Assembly: GCA_964430295.1 (NCBI GenBank)
Contig: CAYSEV010000003.1
Location: 6,184 to 70,183 of the forward strand
Direction: 5' to 3'
Length of the DNA stretch: 64,000 nt
Source of the DNA: an uncultured Gammaproteobacteria bacterium
GTDB taxonomy: Bacteria > Patescibacteriota > Microgenomatia > UBA10105 > UBA927
A program made the translations under genes and the position numbers. The stretch's first letter is position 1. The number at the start of each line of letters is the position of its first letter. Shown piece after piece: positions 47,541 to 57,282 of the stretch. The notes under the pieces were generated by a model. That model was not told where the DNA came from, searched no databases, and saw nothing but the letters and a program-made list of their open reading frames with translations.

Positions 47541-47996
47541 ATGGAACAAAAACAGGCAGTTCAACATATAACAGAAGATTTATTATCGAGACTTGGTATA
47601 CAAGGCAATGTCACGGTCGATATAGATGAGACAGAAAGCTTTCGAGTCCATATTGAAACCGAGGAAACAGGTCTCCTTATAGGTTTTCACGGACGTACAT
47701 TGGAAAGTCTTCAAATTATTTTGGGTATTATTGTCTCCAAAGAATTAGCTACGTGGGTAAAAGTGTATGTAAATGTTGGCGATTACCGAGAAAAGCGAGA
47801 AGAAGCCCTTATGCTCATGGCACAACATGCAGCCGAACGGGCTCTTGCAGCAGGAAGAGAAATTGAATTGGCAAATCTTTCCGCATCAGAGAGACGTGTG
47901 ATACATCTGACACTGAGTGGTGATGATCGTGTGGAAACAGAATCTGTCGGGGAAGGGTCAAGGCGAACGTTACTTGTGAAGCCAAAGCTCGTCTAA
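47541..47996 (+). CDS. jag: Jag/KhpB-type RNA-binding protein (KH plus R3H)
   Basis: 151 aa. The C-terminal R3H motif is LSASERRVIHLTLSGDDRVETESVGEG. The position after yidC is conserved. Confidence 0.75.
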   Translation: MEQKQAVQHITEDLLSRLGIQGNVTVDIDETESFRVHIETEETGLLIGFHGRTLESLQIILGIIVSKELATWVKVYVNVGDYREKREEALMLMAQHAAERALAAGREIELANLSASERRVIHLTLSGDDRVETESVGEGSRRTLLVKPKLV

Positions 47997-48060
47997 TAGT
48001 AAGCTCCACTTCCATATTTGCAATTTCCTCACTAAATCGTGAATAATGAGTTTATGAATC

Positions 48061-49431
48061 ATGAGTCTGTATATTCGATTCATACAAAAATTATACTTCA
48101 TGATATTTAAGTCACGAGTTACATTGTCTACACTGCACAGATTTTTTTTCTCCTTACTAATAGTATTATTGCCGACACAGGTAGGACTGCACTTCTGGCC
48201 TGAGTGGGCGCATGTATTGGGCAGACGAATTGATTACCTCTCCCCCACTTTGTATTTAACAGATATTCTTATATGTTTCGTTGTTGTATTTTGGGTAATC
48301 GATCACAACTGGGATCATGAATTACGAATATTGAATACTGGCAAAAAATTAACATACATACTTCATGTTTCAGTATGTATTATTCTCTTACTTATACATA
48401 TTGCCACTTCCCTTTCCCCTGCTCTTGCATGTTACGCATGGCTTAAAGTGTTTGAATTTGGCTTACTTATTGTATATATAAAAAAAACAAAGCCTCCATT
48501 ATCGATAGTTCATAATTCTTTGTTGATTGCTCTTTTCTATACATCATTGATTGCTATAGTGCAGTTTTTCCTGCACCGTTCAATCGGTGGCCCTATGTGG
48601 CTGCTTGGTGAACGAACATTTTCGGCAAGTACTCCGGGAATAGCTCAAATACCCTTGTATTTGGATATTGGGTTTTGGAAGTTTGATTTTGGACTTATAT
48701 TGCGGGCGTATGGTACATTTCCCCATCCAAATGTATTAGGTGGATTTATTGCGGTGGTTGTACCACTGCTATTAGGTGAATATGCAAATAAACAAGTAAA
48801 CCAAAGGATTAAAAATTTATATATTCCTGTATGTGTGCTGGGAATTGTCGCATTGATCCTAACATTTAGCAGAAGTGCATTGGTGGTTTGTGGTATGAGC
48901 ATGCTTATACTCACAGTACGAGACAAAAAGCATCTTTGGGGAAAAACGCTGCTGGGGTTATTCGTTATGTTTCTACTGTCTCTTATGATATTTTCAGTTC
49001 ATGTCACCGATGAATCTGTTGTAGTCAGACAAGCGTTGAATATATCCGCGATTGAAATTTGGAAAACACATCTATGGTTTGGTGTCGGGCTTGGGAATTT
49101 TATTGTGTCACTTCCCCTTTTTTTACCTTCAAAACTTATTTATTTTCTGCAGCCGGTACATAATATATATCTCCTACTTCTATCGGAAATGGGAATTGTA
49201 GGAATTTGTGTGATAGTATATATTTTGTATTTCTTATTCAAGAATGAATCACAAATTATGCATACGGACAAAAAAATAAAACATGTAATTCATACTTCAC
49301 TTTTTATGTTTCTCATACTTGGTCTTGTTGATCACTATCCTCTCACCTTACAGCAGGGACAGTTGTTGTTAACGCTTTTAATCGGTCTAAGCATTGTTGA
49401 ATATAATCCTCCAAAAACAGTTTTACACTAA
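48061..49431 (+). CDS. O-antigen ligase/polymerase-like (Wzy_C) polytopic membrane protein
   Basis: 456 aa and multi-TM. LTFSRSALVVCGMSMLILTV and YGTFPHPNVLGGF are typical of the Wzy_C domain. The region has low GC. Confidence 0.55.
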   Translation: MSLYIRFIQKLYFMIFKSRVTLSTLHRFFFSLLIVLLPTQVGLHFWPEWAHVLGRRIDYLSPTLYLTDILICFVVVFWVIDHNWDHELRILNTGKKLTYILHVSVCIILLLIHIATSLSPALACYAWLKVFEFGLLIVYIKKTKPPLSIVHNSLLIALFYTSLIAIVQFFLHRSIGGPMWLLGERTFSASTPGIAQIPLYLDIGFWKFDFGLILRAYGTFPHPNVLGGFIAVVVPLLLGEYANKQVNQRIKNLYIPVCVLGIVALILTFSRSALVVCGMSMLILTVRDKKHLWGKTLLGLFVMFLLSLMIFSVHVTDESVVVRQALNISAIEIWKTHLWFGVGLGNFIVSLPLFLPSKLIYFLQPVHNIYLLLLSEMGIVGICVIVYILYFLFKNESQIMHTDKKIKHVIHTSLFMFLILGLVDHYPLTLQQGQLLLTLLIGLSIVEYNPPKTVLH

Positions 49432-49513
49432 TCCGTAACACACGTGTATGTGGTGTTTCCCGGATATGTCTCAACTCTGATAATTATTTTTAATAAACGA
49501 TTCATGTTAGAAT

Positions 49514-50815
49514 ATGGCCATGCCTCACATGCATAGATCCCTCTCTTCTACCCGCCTGACGATTGCAAAGAATACGTCGGCACAATTTATTGGTCGCATC
49601 ATCAGTTCGTTGTCTACAGTTATACTTACATTTTATATAGCGAGAAAATTTGGCTCAGTTGGATATGGTGAATTTGTTAAGATTACAACATTTGTATCAT
49701 TTTTTTATCTTTTAGCTGATTTTGGGTTTAATGCTATATATATTCAAAAAAGTACGCTTACTTCTTTCGGTGATAAGCGGATTCATGATCCCCAATGGAA
49801 TATGTTACTCTTTATTCGAATCGTACTCAGTGTTTTACTTTTGATCTTAGCTCTCGTAATTATTTGGTGCATACCAATATCTGAAACTAATGGATATTCG
49901 AGTTTGGTACACATAGGAATCATATTACTCCTGCCTACTATTTTATTTCAGGCACTTATTACAACAATCAATGGGTTATTTCAAAAAATTCTTCGATATG
50001 AATGGTCAGCTATTTCCGTCATTTTTGGATCATTATCTTCAATACTATTGATTCTACTTTTTGTATATAATCAATCAACTTCATTAATTCAATTTAGTCT
50101 GATTCCTCTGCTGGTTGGTAGCGCTGTAACAACACTCGTCGCATTCATATTTGTTCGGATGCTAGGATGTGTTGTGACTATTGAGAGATCGTTGGAGTCA
50201 TATAAGACATTTATATACGCAACAATTCCCCTTGGGTTAACACTCCTCTTTAATGTCATATATTTTCATGTTGATAGTATCGTTATGACGTTTTCTCGTT
50301 CTACCTCCGAGGTTGGCATTTATGGACTTGCGTACAAAGTATTTGAATTGTTATTGGTATTTCCAACCTTTTTTATGAATTCGCTGTATCCGATGTTCGT
50401 GATCGAAGTACAAAAAAGAGAAGAACATTCTCACGCGAAACTGCTCATATTGATTAAAAAGTCAGCAACCGTACTTCTTCTTGCATCAGTTGCTCTATCT
50501 GTTATGACATGGATAGCAGCTCCATATATCACATATATTAAGCACGACTTTTTTGAAAGTATATATGCTCTACGTATATTACTGTTAGGCATTCCATTCT
50601 TTTATCTTTCCAGCCTTACTATGTGGATTCTTATCGCAGTTAAAAAACAACACATACTGGCTTGGCTATATGGTATAACAATGCTTGTAAACATAGGGCT
50701 AAATATATTATTTGTTCCGATATATGGTTATACGGCCGCAGCATGGATTACGGTGGTAAGTGAAGCAATGGTACTTATTGCCAGCAGCATAGTTGTGAAA
50801 CAATCCCTATCATGA
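49514..50815 (+). CDS. oligosaccharide/polysaccharide flippase, MOP superfamily (Wzx-like)
   Basis: 433 aa with about 12 TM helices. The N-terminal LTIAKNTSAQFIGRIISSL is typical of Wzx/polysaccharide biosynthesis protein family starts. Confidence 0.65.
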   Translation: MAMPHMHRSLSSTRLTIAKNTSAQFIGRIISSLSTVILTFYIARKFGSVGYGEFVKITTFVSFFYLLADFGFNAIYIQKSTLTSFGDKRIHDPQWNMLLFIRIVLSVLLLILALVIIWCIPISETNGYSSLVHIGIILLLPTILFQALITTINGLFQKILRYEWSAISVIFGSLSSILLILLFVYNQSTSLIQFSLIPLLVGSAVTTLVAFIFVRMLGCVVTIERSLESYKTFIYATIPLGLTLLFNVIYFHVDSIVMTFSRSTSEVGIYGLAYKVFELLLVFPTFFMNSLYPMFVIEVQKREEHSHAKLLILIKKSATVLLLASVALSVMTWIAAPYITYIKHDFFESIYALRILLLGIPFFYLSSLTMWILIAVKKQHILAWLYGITMLVNIGLNILFVPIYGYTAAAWITVVSEAMVLIASSIVVKQSLS

Positions 50816-50884
50816 TTATCACATAGCTTTAAATAATTCATTCCCACTATATACTCGTATAAATATCCGCTATACTCAAACATT

Positions 50885-51292
50885 ATGAAATACATTATCA
50901 ATACAGATGGCGGGTCTCGTGGAAATCCCGGGCAAGCTGCAATAGGGGTTGTAATACGGGATTTAGAAACAGGAAAATTGGTTGCATCATTTGGTAAAAA
51001 AATCGGAATTACTACAAATAATGTAGCAGAATATTCTGCTGTGATTGCTGCATTACAGTATGTAATCGACACGAAAGAACAGGGGAGTGATATACAATTT
51101 TTTCTTGACTCTTCATTGGTTGTTAATCAACTGAACGGATTATTTAAAGTGAAAGATTCTAACATGCGTAATTTAATGTTTAAAGTTCGCGAATTAGAGC
51201 AGGGAATAGATGGGCATATTGTATATTCATATGTACCTCGTGAACAAAATACTGCAGCTGACTTTGAAGTAAATAAGGCACTTGATAACTAA
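50885..51292 (+). CDS. rnhA: ribonuclease HI
   Basis: 135 aa. INTDGGSRGNPG ... NNVAEYSAVIAAL, with the DEDD catalytic residues in place. Confidence 0.85.
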   Translation: MKYIINTDGGSRGNPGQAAIGVVIRDLETGKLVASFGKKIGITTNNVAEYSAVIAALQYVIDTKEQGSDIQFFLDSSLVVNQLNGLFKVKDSNMRNLMFKVRELEQGIDGHIVYSYVPREQNTAADFEVNKALDN

Positions 51293-51354
51293 ATGTCATC
51301 CTTGCGAAAGCGAGGATCAATAACATGATTCCCGATAAGGTTGGGAATGACATA
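51293..51354 (+). other. compact predicted RNA structure directly after the rnhA stop (outer 6-bp stem enclosing two hairpins, one with a GAAA tetraloop)
   Basis: atgtca (51293-98) pairs with tgacat (51349-54). ccttgc-GAAA-gcgagg at 51300-51315. attccc-gataaggtt-gggaat at 51328-51348. It is not tRNA-like (no T-loop) and not followed by a T-run. Confidence 0.25.
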
Positions 51355-51478
51355 GGATGAATGTGGATATAATCCCCTCATGTCGGTTACCGTATATAAT
51401 CCGTGAATAGGCTTGCATACTCCAAGTTGTTTTCGGTGTTTTTATTTGCCATAATACAAAAATATAACACGTACTATT

Positions 51479-54076
51479 ATGACTCCTGCCTCCTCATTGT
51501 CGCATAGTGATGATATTGATCAATTACCTTTAGCTCGTCTGTATGCTGAAGAAGAATCCTTTGTCTCTCCGTTGCGGGAATATTTAGAAACACATGGATG
51601 CCGTGTAATTGTGAATGACAACTCTCTAATTCCTGAGACATATTTTCTGGTAGCAGGAAGCCCAGTATTCGTGAAACATATTTTTGCAACGAAAGCTACA
51701 TCCGCTCTTCGGGTTATCGGTATCGTGGTAACTACAGATGTTTCTGAAGGCAAAAATCTCGCTGATGACTCTCGCAAAATTGTTGTTATAGATCCTCGGT
51801 ATTTAAGTAACACAGATGTAAGAGAAATTTTCGCATTTTTCTTTTCCGGCACTGAAACACTTTTGAACATAATACGAAACATACATGAGCCAATTACTCA
51901 TATTGATCCTGCCTCCAATGATGCAAAGTCTGTACCTAGTGGAGTACCTTCGATAACTGAAATACATCAATCACTTCCTCCAATCGTTCCTCGAGTTAAA
52001 TCAGTAGAAGAAGTACTTACACAAAATGATAGTGAAAGAATTAATCATATTATGACGGATGTGTTTGGAGATCCTCATGTGCGTAAGAAAAAACATAGGT
52101 ATTTAAAAATTCAGAAACATATGTTGAGGACTATTGGAAATATTACTATGTATACGTTTTTCCTTTTTGGCGTTGTATTATTTCCGTTATCTGTATATCT
52201 TGCCGGGTTATCTGCCTCTACATTTTTTTTGTTGAGAGCAGCAAATTTTATAAGCAAAACTGACATGGTACGTGCAAGCTCCTCATTGAATAGGGGAGAA
52301 TATTGGTTAAGTCAAACCGAGTTTATATTTTCGCTTATAAAAACACCAACATACATATTTGGAGTGGGGGAACCTATCCGTAATCAAGAACGTGTGCTTT
52401 CATTGTTATCAGATCTTATGAGAGGTATTACGGAATCAATGGATGTAGTAACACAAGGAAAACAATTTATTGAAGCAAGCATCCCATCTTCAGTTAGGGA
52501 AGATGAAAAACTTCCTGCATCATCACTGGAGTCGCTTCGTATTTCTGTCGTAGCGGCACATAATAGTTTAGGGTTGGCCGAAGCAGAATTGTCTGCACTT
52601 ATGAGAGATCAACCATTTCCATTTTCATTCAGGATGCTACAACCCACGTTTTCACACGCAGAATATAAGTTACAATCTATTCGAAAAATTTTGTCATATG
52701 CAGAAGAACTCTTAACTGTTTATCCAAAGATTGCGGGATTTAAAACTACGCAATCATTTCTAGTATTACTTCAAAATAGTAATGAACTTCGACCAATGGG
52801 AGGATTTATTGGTAGTTTAGGTCTGGCAACATTTGATAATGGAATTCTATCAGATTTTTCAATAGAAGACGTCTATGCAATTGACGGTCAATTAAAAGGA
52901 CATGTAGATCCACCACGACCAATAGCTGAATTGTTGGGGAATGAGCATTGGTACTTACGAGATAGTAATTGGGATCCGGATTTTTCTATAAGTGGACAAC
53001 GCGCTGAATGGTTTTATGAAAAAGAAACAGGGAAGCATGTAGATGGAGTACTTGCCATAAATATACCTATTATTGAACGAATGTTAACCGCCATAGGTCC
53101 TATTCAACTGCCAGACTATAACGATCGAATTACTAAAGAAAATTTCTTTGGAAAATCTCTGTATTATACTCAAAATAATTTTTTCCCAGGATCAACTCAA
53201 AAGAGGGATTTCTTGGGATCTCTAGCCAGAGCTGCAATGACAAAAATTATGACCGATAAAGACATTGACAGTCTTGCGTTGATAAAAGCTGTTATGGATG
53301 GTATTGAGCAGAGAGATATGCTATTGCATATTCAAGATCCTGAAGTTCAATCAATGATTGAACATTTTGGATGGGGTGGAAGAGTATACGATTCATCTAC
53401 TTGTACTGGTGTTGATGTAAATCGATGTATAGGTGGAGAGATTTTGTTTTCTGAAGCGAATCTCAGTGTGAGCAAGGTTAATTATTATGTAACGCACGAA
53501 GCCAGTCGTGAAATCACAATAACACCACAACAGGAAATCAACGAACGTGTTCTATACACGATAGGTAATACAGCAAATACTGCTGCAAATCCAAATGAAA
53601 AAGGAGTAGGCGGCACGTATCAAACATACGTACGTTTACTACTTCCCAAGGACAGTATTGTAAACACCGTATTACTAGATGGTGTACCTATTCCGACCAG
53701 AAGTACTGCGCAAAAAAATATGCCAGAGCTTCCATATATAGAGAATGCAGATGGAACAGCGCAAGCAAGAGGAATTGGTATTGCTCTTCGGGTTGCTCCT
53801 GGTGAAAAGAAACAGATCCAAATTACATATGCCAGATCCCAACATCTGCAGATAGGTAAAGGGGGTGGGTACTTGGATCTTTTATGGTACAAACATCCAG
53901 GAATATCTTCAATGCCACTACACACTATTATTCGATATCCGCCAAATTGGAAAATGAATGATGAGTCCCTAAATAAAGATGAGTCAATCAGTACATTTAT
54001 TGCAAAATCAGGCGAATTCGAGTACAATACACGTATAGAACGCGATATAAAGTATCGTATTAAATTTATACAATGA
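51479..54076 (+). CDS. large membrane-anchored extracytoplasmic protein, DUF4012-like
   Basis: 865 aa. ~200-aa cytoplasmic N-region, then a TM (ITMYTFFLFGVVLFPLSVYLAGL), then a ~620-aa outside domain. The motif NELRPMGGFIGSLGLATFDNG is recalled from the DUF4012 family of cell-envelope proteins, which I cannot verify here. Confidence 0.45.
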   Translation: MTPASSLSHSDDIDQLPLARLYAEEESFVSPLREYLETHGCRVIVNDNSLIPETYFLVAGSPVFVKHIFATKATSALRVIGIVVTTDVSEGKNLADDSRKIVVIDPRYLSNTDVREIFAFFFSGTETLLNIIRNIHEPITHIDPASNDAKSVPSGVPSITEIHQSLPPIVPRVKSVEEVLTQNDSERINHIMTDVFGDPHVRKKKHRYLKIQKHMLRTIGNITMYTFFLFGVVLFPLSVYLAGLSASTFFLLRAANFISKTDMVRASSSLNRGEYWLSQTEFIFSLIKTPTYIFGVGEPIRNQERVLSLLSDLMRGITESMDVVTQGKQFIEASIPSSVREDEKLPASSLESLRISVVAAHNSLGLAEAELSALMRDQPFPFSFRMLQPTFSHAEYKLQSIRKILSYAEELLTVYPKIAGFKTTQSFLVLLQNSNELRPMGGFIGSLGLATFDNGILSDFSIEDVYAIDGQLKGHVDPPRPIAELLGNEHWYLRDSNWDPDFSISGQRAEWFYEKETGKHVDGVLAINIPIIERMLTAIGPIQLPDYNDRITKENFFGKSLYYTQNNFFPGSTQKRDFLGSLARAAMTKIMTDKDIDSLALIKAVMDGIEQRDMLLHIQDPEVQSMIEHFGWGGRVYDSSTCTGVDVNRCIGGEILFSEANLSVSKVNYYVTHEASREITITPQQEINERVLYTIGNTANTAANPNEKGVGGTYQTYVRLLLPKDSIVNTVLLDGVPIPTRSTAQKNMPELPYIENADGTAQARGIGIALRVAPGEKKQIQITYARSQHLQIGKGGGYLDLLWYKHPGISSMPLHTIIRYPPNWKMNDESLNKDESISTFIAKSGEFEYNTRIERDIKYRIKFIQ

Positions 54077-54753
54077 AAAAACATACACTTTCAGCAGAAC
54101 CAAGAACACAAGTCGGCAAAACAGTTAAATTATTGAGAAAGCATGGTAAATTGCCTGCAACGATTTATGGTAACGGATTAAAAAGTCAGTCAGTGACGGT
54201 AGATACGGCAGCATTCGCTATCGTACGCAAAGAAGCAGGGGAAACCGGACTTATTGAATTATCTGTTAGCGGAAAAGTTCATCCTGTGCTTATTCATTCT
54301 GTGCAAGTTCACCCAGTAACTGACTCGCTTATCCATGTTGAATTTCATCAGGTAAATCTTAAAGAAAAGATACATGCAAAGGTTATGCTTGAACATACAG
54401 GTGAAAGCCCAGCAGCCGCGCAAAAGCTTGGTGTTGTTATGACACTTCATGATTCTATAGAGGTAGAGGCTCTTCCAACTGAATTACCGGAAAAATTACA
54501 TATAGATCTCTCCGGATTAGCAGAAGTAGGGCAGGATATTACTGCAGCAAATGTTGCATTACCATCTGGAGTTACGTTAATTACTGATTCAACGACTGTT
54601 CTTGTAAAGGTAGGTCCATTAGTAACAAAAGAGGCAGAAGCTGAGGTAGCAGCTGATGCAGCTCAGGCAGCAGAAGCAGCAGCATCTGCGGAAACAGTGG
54701 CAACAGAGAATGCTGGCGAGGTTAAAAAGGAAACTTCAGAAAAAACTTCTTAA
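54073..54753 (+). CDS. rplY: 50S ribosomal protein L25 / general stress protein Ctc (long form with acidic Ala/Glu tail)
   Basis: 226 aa. MKKHTLSAEPRTQVGKTVKLLRKHGKLPATIYG is a hallmark L25 N-terminus. Confidence 0.8.
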   Translation: MKKHTLSAEPRTQVGKTVKLLRKHGKLPATIYGNGLKSQSVTVDTAAFAIVRKEAGETGLIELSVSGKVHPVLIHSVQVHPVTDSLIHVEFHQVNLKEKIHAKVMLEHTGESPAAAQKLGVVMTLHDSIEVEALPTELPEKLHIDLSGLAEVGQDITAANVALPSGVTLITDSTTVLVKVGPLVTKEAEAEVAADAAQAAEAAASAETVATENAGEVKKETSEKTS

Positions 54754-54811
54754 GAAGCAATGTTTTTTGTTTGCTTATTTCCAAAGTGTTAATTGCCCCG
54801 TTTATTGGAGT

Positions 54812-55390
54812 TCAGCGTTTGTGTATTAATTGAGGATCTATTGATTCTGCCTGTTGAGTATACGTTTTTGCAAGGTCATCTTTGTGAAGTAACTTCGCAA
54901 TATACGCTGCCTGCAAATACGCATCACGGTAATCAGTGTGTTGTACGATTATAGCTTTCCAATATGCAAGTTTCGTTTCAAGTTGCGAAGGTTCAGAATT
55001 CCATACATCTAACGTTCTCTGTATATCTGTTGATGCTCCCAGTACTGATTCAGTCTTGTTCGTTGAGATAAGCTCTTGGATAAATTCTATTTCCCGATTC
55101 ATATATATATCTTGTCTTGTATTCTTGTATGACTTTGCAAGCATAAAATGTGGTTGTGCTGAAAACGGTTGTTTGAGAAGTGAAACTATTTCTTTGGAAT
55201 AAACGTGTTGTCTGGTTTGGATTATATTCACAATCCCAATGCTAATGACTATAGAAAATAATCCAATGGTGTTGAGTATGTACAATCTCCTCTGTGTATG
55301 TTTTGCGGAAATAAATCGGGAAATTTGCGGTAATATCTTTGAAACTCGCATCATGTAGCCTATTGTATGAACATGATGTAAAAAACGCAA
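54812..55390 (-). CDS. hypothetical membrane-anchored protein with TPR-like helical C-terminus
   Basis: 192 aa with one TM (IGLFSIVISIGIVNII). No motif recognised. Confidence 0.4.
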   Translation of the reverse strand: MRFLHHVHTIGYMMRVSKILPQISRFISAKHTQRRLYILNTIGLFSIVISIGIVNIIQTRQHVYSKEIVSLLKQPFSAQPHFMLAKSYKNTRQDIYMNREIEFIQELISTNKTESVLGASTDIQRTLDVWNSEPSQLETKLAYWKAIIVQHTDYRDAYLQAAYIAKLLHKDDLAKTYTQQAESIDPQLIHKR

Positions 55391-55462
55391 CTATGATAAG
55401 TTCCATAATCCAATATCTCTACACTAGGCCTGTTCATACTGATTGCACGTATACATATATAT

Positions 55463-56227
55463 ATGATATCCTACCCACACTTACATATGCCTGCCGCATT
55501 AAAGGAGCGTATTATGCCAAAACAAATCAAGAAATCTGCACAAAAAAGCACAGCTAGAACTTCCCGTTCAGCAAAAAAAGTTCATGAACTTATGGATATA
55601 TCTTCTGAACAATTTGGTATAGATCAAACAGTCGTTTCGATCCCCCCAAAATCTAAAAGCGGGTTGCAATGGAGTGTCGTATTATTAGGTCTATTATTTA
55701 TAGTTGCTGTATATGCTGCAAGCAAGGGATATATCATCGCTGCGATTGTAAATGGCTCGCCAGTATTCCGATGGGATGTTAATCGAATGTTGGAAACCAG
55801 ATATGGACAACAAACCCTGGAAAGCATGATTAGCGAAAAAATGATTGGTGATGCCGCAGTTAAACAGGGTGTTGTTATTACTCAAAAAGATATCGATGCA
55901 AAAACAGCAGAAGTCGTAAAATCTCTTGGACCAAATGTAAAACTTGATGACTTATTAAAGTATCAGGGGATGAATAAATCAGATTTTGAACATCAGATTT
56001 CATTGCAACTAACTGTTGAGCGTATTTTGGGCAAAGACGTGAACGTAACTGATACAGAAATAAATGACTTTATTGAAAAGAATAAAGAAACACTTGTCGC
56101 AACTGATGAAGCAGGTATGCGAGGAGAGGCAAGAGAAGCACTGACATCTCAAAAAATTAATGAAAAAATACAACCTTGGTTTGCAAGCCTGAAACAAAAT
56201 GCAAAAGTTGTTAGACTTATGAAGTGA
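55463..56227 (+). CDS. SurA N-terminal-domain chaperone-like protein (PpiD/PrsA-like without PPIase domain), membrane-anchored
   Basis: 254 aa with one TM (WSVVLLGLLFIVAVYAA). IAAIVNGSPVFRWDVNRMLETRYGQQTLESMISEKMIGDAAVKQGV resembles the SurA_N chaperone module. The real start may be MPKQIKK. Confidence 0.5.
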   Translation: MISYPHLHMPAALKERIMPKQIKKSAQKSTARTSRSAKKVHELMDISSEQFGIDQTVVSIPPKSKSGLQWSVVLLGLLFIVAVYAASKGYIIAAIVNGSPVFRWDVNRMLETRYGQQTLESMISEKMIGDAAVKQGVVITQKDIDAKTAEVVKSLGPNVKLDDLLKYQGMNKSDFEHQISLQLTVERILGKDVNVTDTEINDFIEKNKETLVATDEAGMRGEAREALTSQKINEKIQPWFASLKQNAKVVRLMK

Positions 56228-56964
56228 GAATGAAACAGGTACTCTTGATCATCGGATTTATTGTAATGGTTATTGCTGCATCCTTGTTTGCGTATTCAAG
56301 GTCTAAAGCGGATGTTGAATCAGTAAAAGGGGCACAGACTGCAACGAATGACCTGGGGACGAATACATCTATAGTAGCTGAAACAAAAAAAATGGAGGAA
56401 TCTATGCCAACTAAAACAGAAGATACAAAAAAAAAGAAAACGTATACAAATCCGCCGGCAATGACAATAGCAGTAGATAAGGCGTATACAGCTACAATTA
56501 AGACCAGTAAAGGTGTGATGAAGCTTGTGTTGTATCCAAAAGATGCTCCAAACACCGTGAATAATTTTGTTTTTTTGGCACGTGAAGGGTTTTATAACTC
56601 AACTGTTTTTCATAGAATTATTAAAGGTTTCATGATTCAGGGCGGAGATCCAAAGGGCGATGGTACCGGCGGACCTGGGTATCGCTTTGCGGATGAAAAA
56701 ATAACCAGAAGTTATACACGCGGGACGATTTCTATGGCAAACGCAGGACCAGATACAAACGGTAGTCAATTTTTTATCATGCATGCTGATTATCCACTGC
56801 CAAAAAACTATGTGATATTTGGCGGGATTGAATCAGGGGATACAGAAAGTTTGAAAACGTTGGATGCAATTGCCACAATTCCAACATCTTTAAGTATGAT
56901 GGGTGAACAGTCAAAGCCGATAGACGCAGTAACGGTGGAATCTGTAAGTATTGAAGAAAAATAA
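56224..56964 (+). CDS. ppiB: peptidyl-prolyl cis-trans isomerase, cyclophilin type, membrane-anchored
   Basis: 246 aa. NNFVFLAREGFYNSTVFHRIIKGFMIQGGDP...GGPGYRFADE ... SMANAGPDTNGSQFFI is the canonical cyclophilin signature. Confidence 0.9.
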   Translation: MRMKQVLLIIGFIVMVIAASLFAYSRSKADVESVKGAQTATNDLGTNTSIVAETKKMEESMPTKTEDTKKKKTYTNPPAMTIAVDKAYTATIKTSKGVMKLVLYPKDAPNTVNNFVFLAREGFYNSTVFHRIIKGFMIQGGDPKGDGTGGPGYRFADEKITRSYTRGTISMANAGPDTNGSQFFIMHADYPLPKNYVIFGGIESGDTESLKTLDAIATIPTSLSMMGEQSKPIDAVTVESVSIEEK

Positions 56965-56985
56965 GAGTTATTTTAGTGGATTATT

Positions 56986-57273
56986 ATGCCATTTTTTTTG
57001 GGTAGTGCATATCACTTTGGGAGTGGATTTAGCTGGAACGGGGGATTTTTCTGGCCTGCATTTTTTATACCGCTGGCTCTCTGGTCTGTGATGTGTACAG
57101 GTATTGCACTCTGGCATGCTGCAAAGCGAGGAGAAGCTGCTTGGTTTATATTTTTCCTGTTCGTTCACACTGCAGGTGTGTTGGAACTGTTATATTTGAT
57201 TTTTGTAGCTGATCTGTTCAGTCAAAGCGAACGTGCAAAAAAAACCTCTCGCACGGTGAAAAAGCGATCTTAA
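56986..57273 (+). CDS. small hypothetical membrane protein
   Basis: 95 aa with 2-3 hydrophobic helices. No motif. Confidence 0.35.
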   Translation: MPFFLGSAYHFGSGFSWNGGFFWPAFFIPLALWSVMCTGIALWHAAKRGEAAWFIFFLFVHTAGVLELLYLIFVADLFSQSERAKKTSRTVKKRS

Positions 57274-57282
57274 CTACGCTGT

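Noticed and set aside
49432-49470. The palindromic acacgtgt and partial inverted repeat aacacacgtgtatgtggtgtt after the Wzy-like gene, as a possible terminator or operator.
   Set aside because: The stem is imperfect and it is not followed by a T-run. No second copy was found elsewhere in the window to suggest a regulatory motif.
45711-51478. Looked for tRNA genes in the intergenic gaps longer than 60 nt (45711-45757, 45896-45957, 47997-48060, 49432-49513, 50816-50884, 51293-51478, 58321-58398, 60857-60957).
   Set aside because: No segment showed a 7-bp acceptor stem plus a GTTC-like T-loop. The only structured segment (51293-51354) lacks tRNA features. A tRNAscan run would be needed to be sure.
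4036-52234. A8/T8-T9 homopolymer tracts inside coding regions (for example near 4037, 4408, 6407, 13511, 24345, 31611, 37942 and 52226) as possible phase-variation switches.
   Set aside because: In DNA of about 25-30% GC, runs of 8 are expected by chance at this density. None sits in a conspicuous 5' position of a surface gene except 37942, which simply encodes Lys-Lys after the start codon. No evidence of variability.
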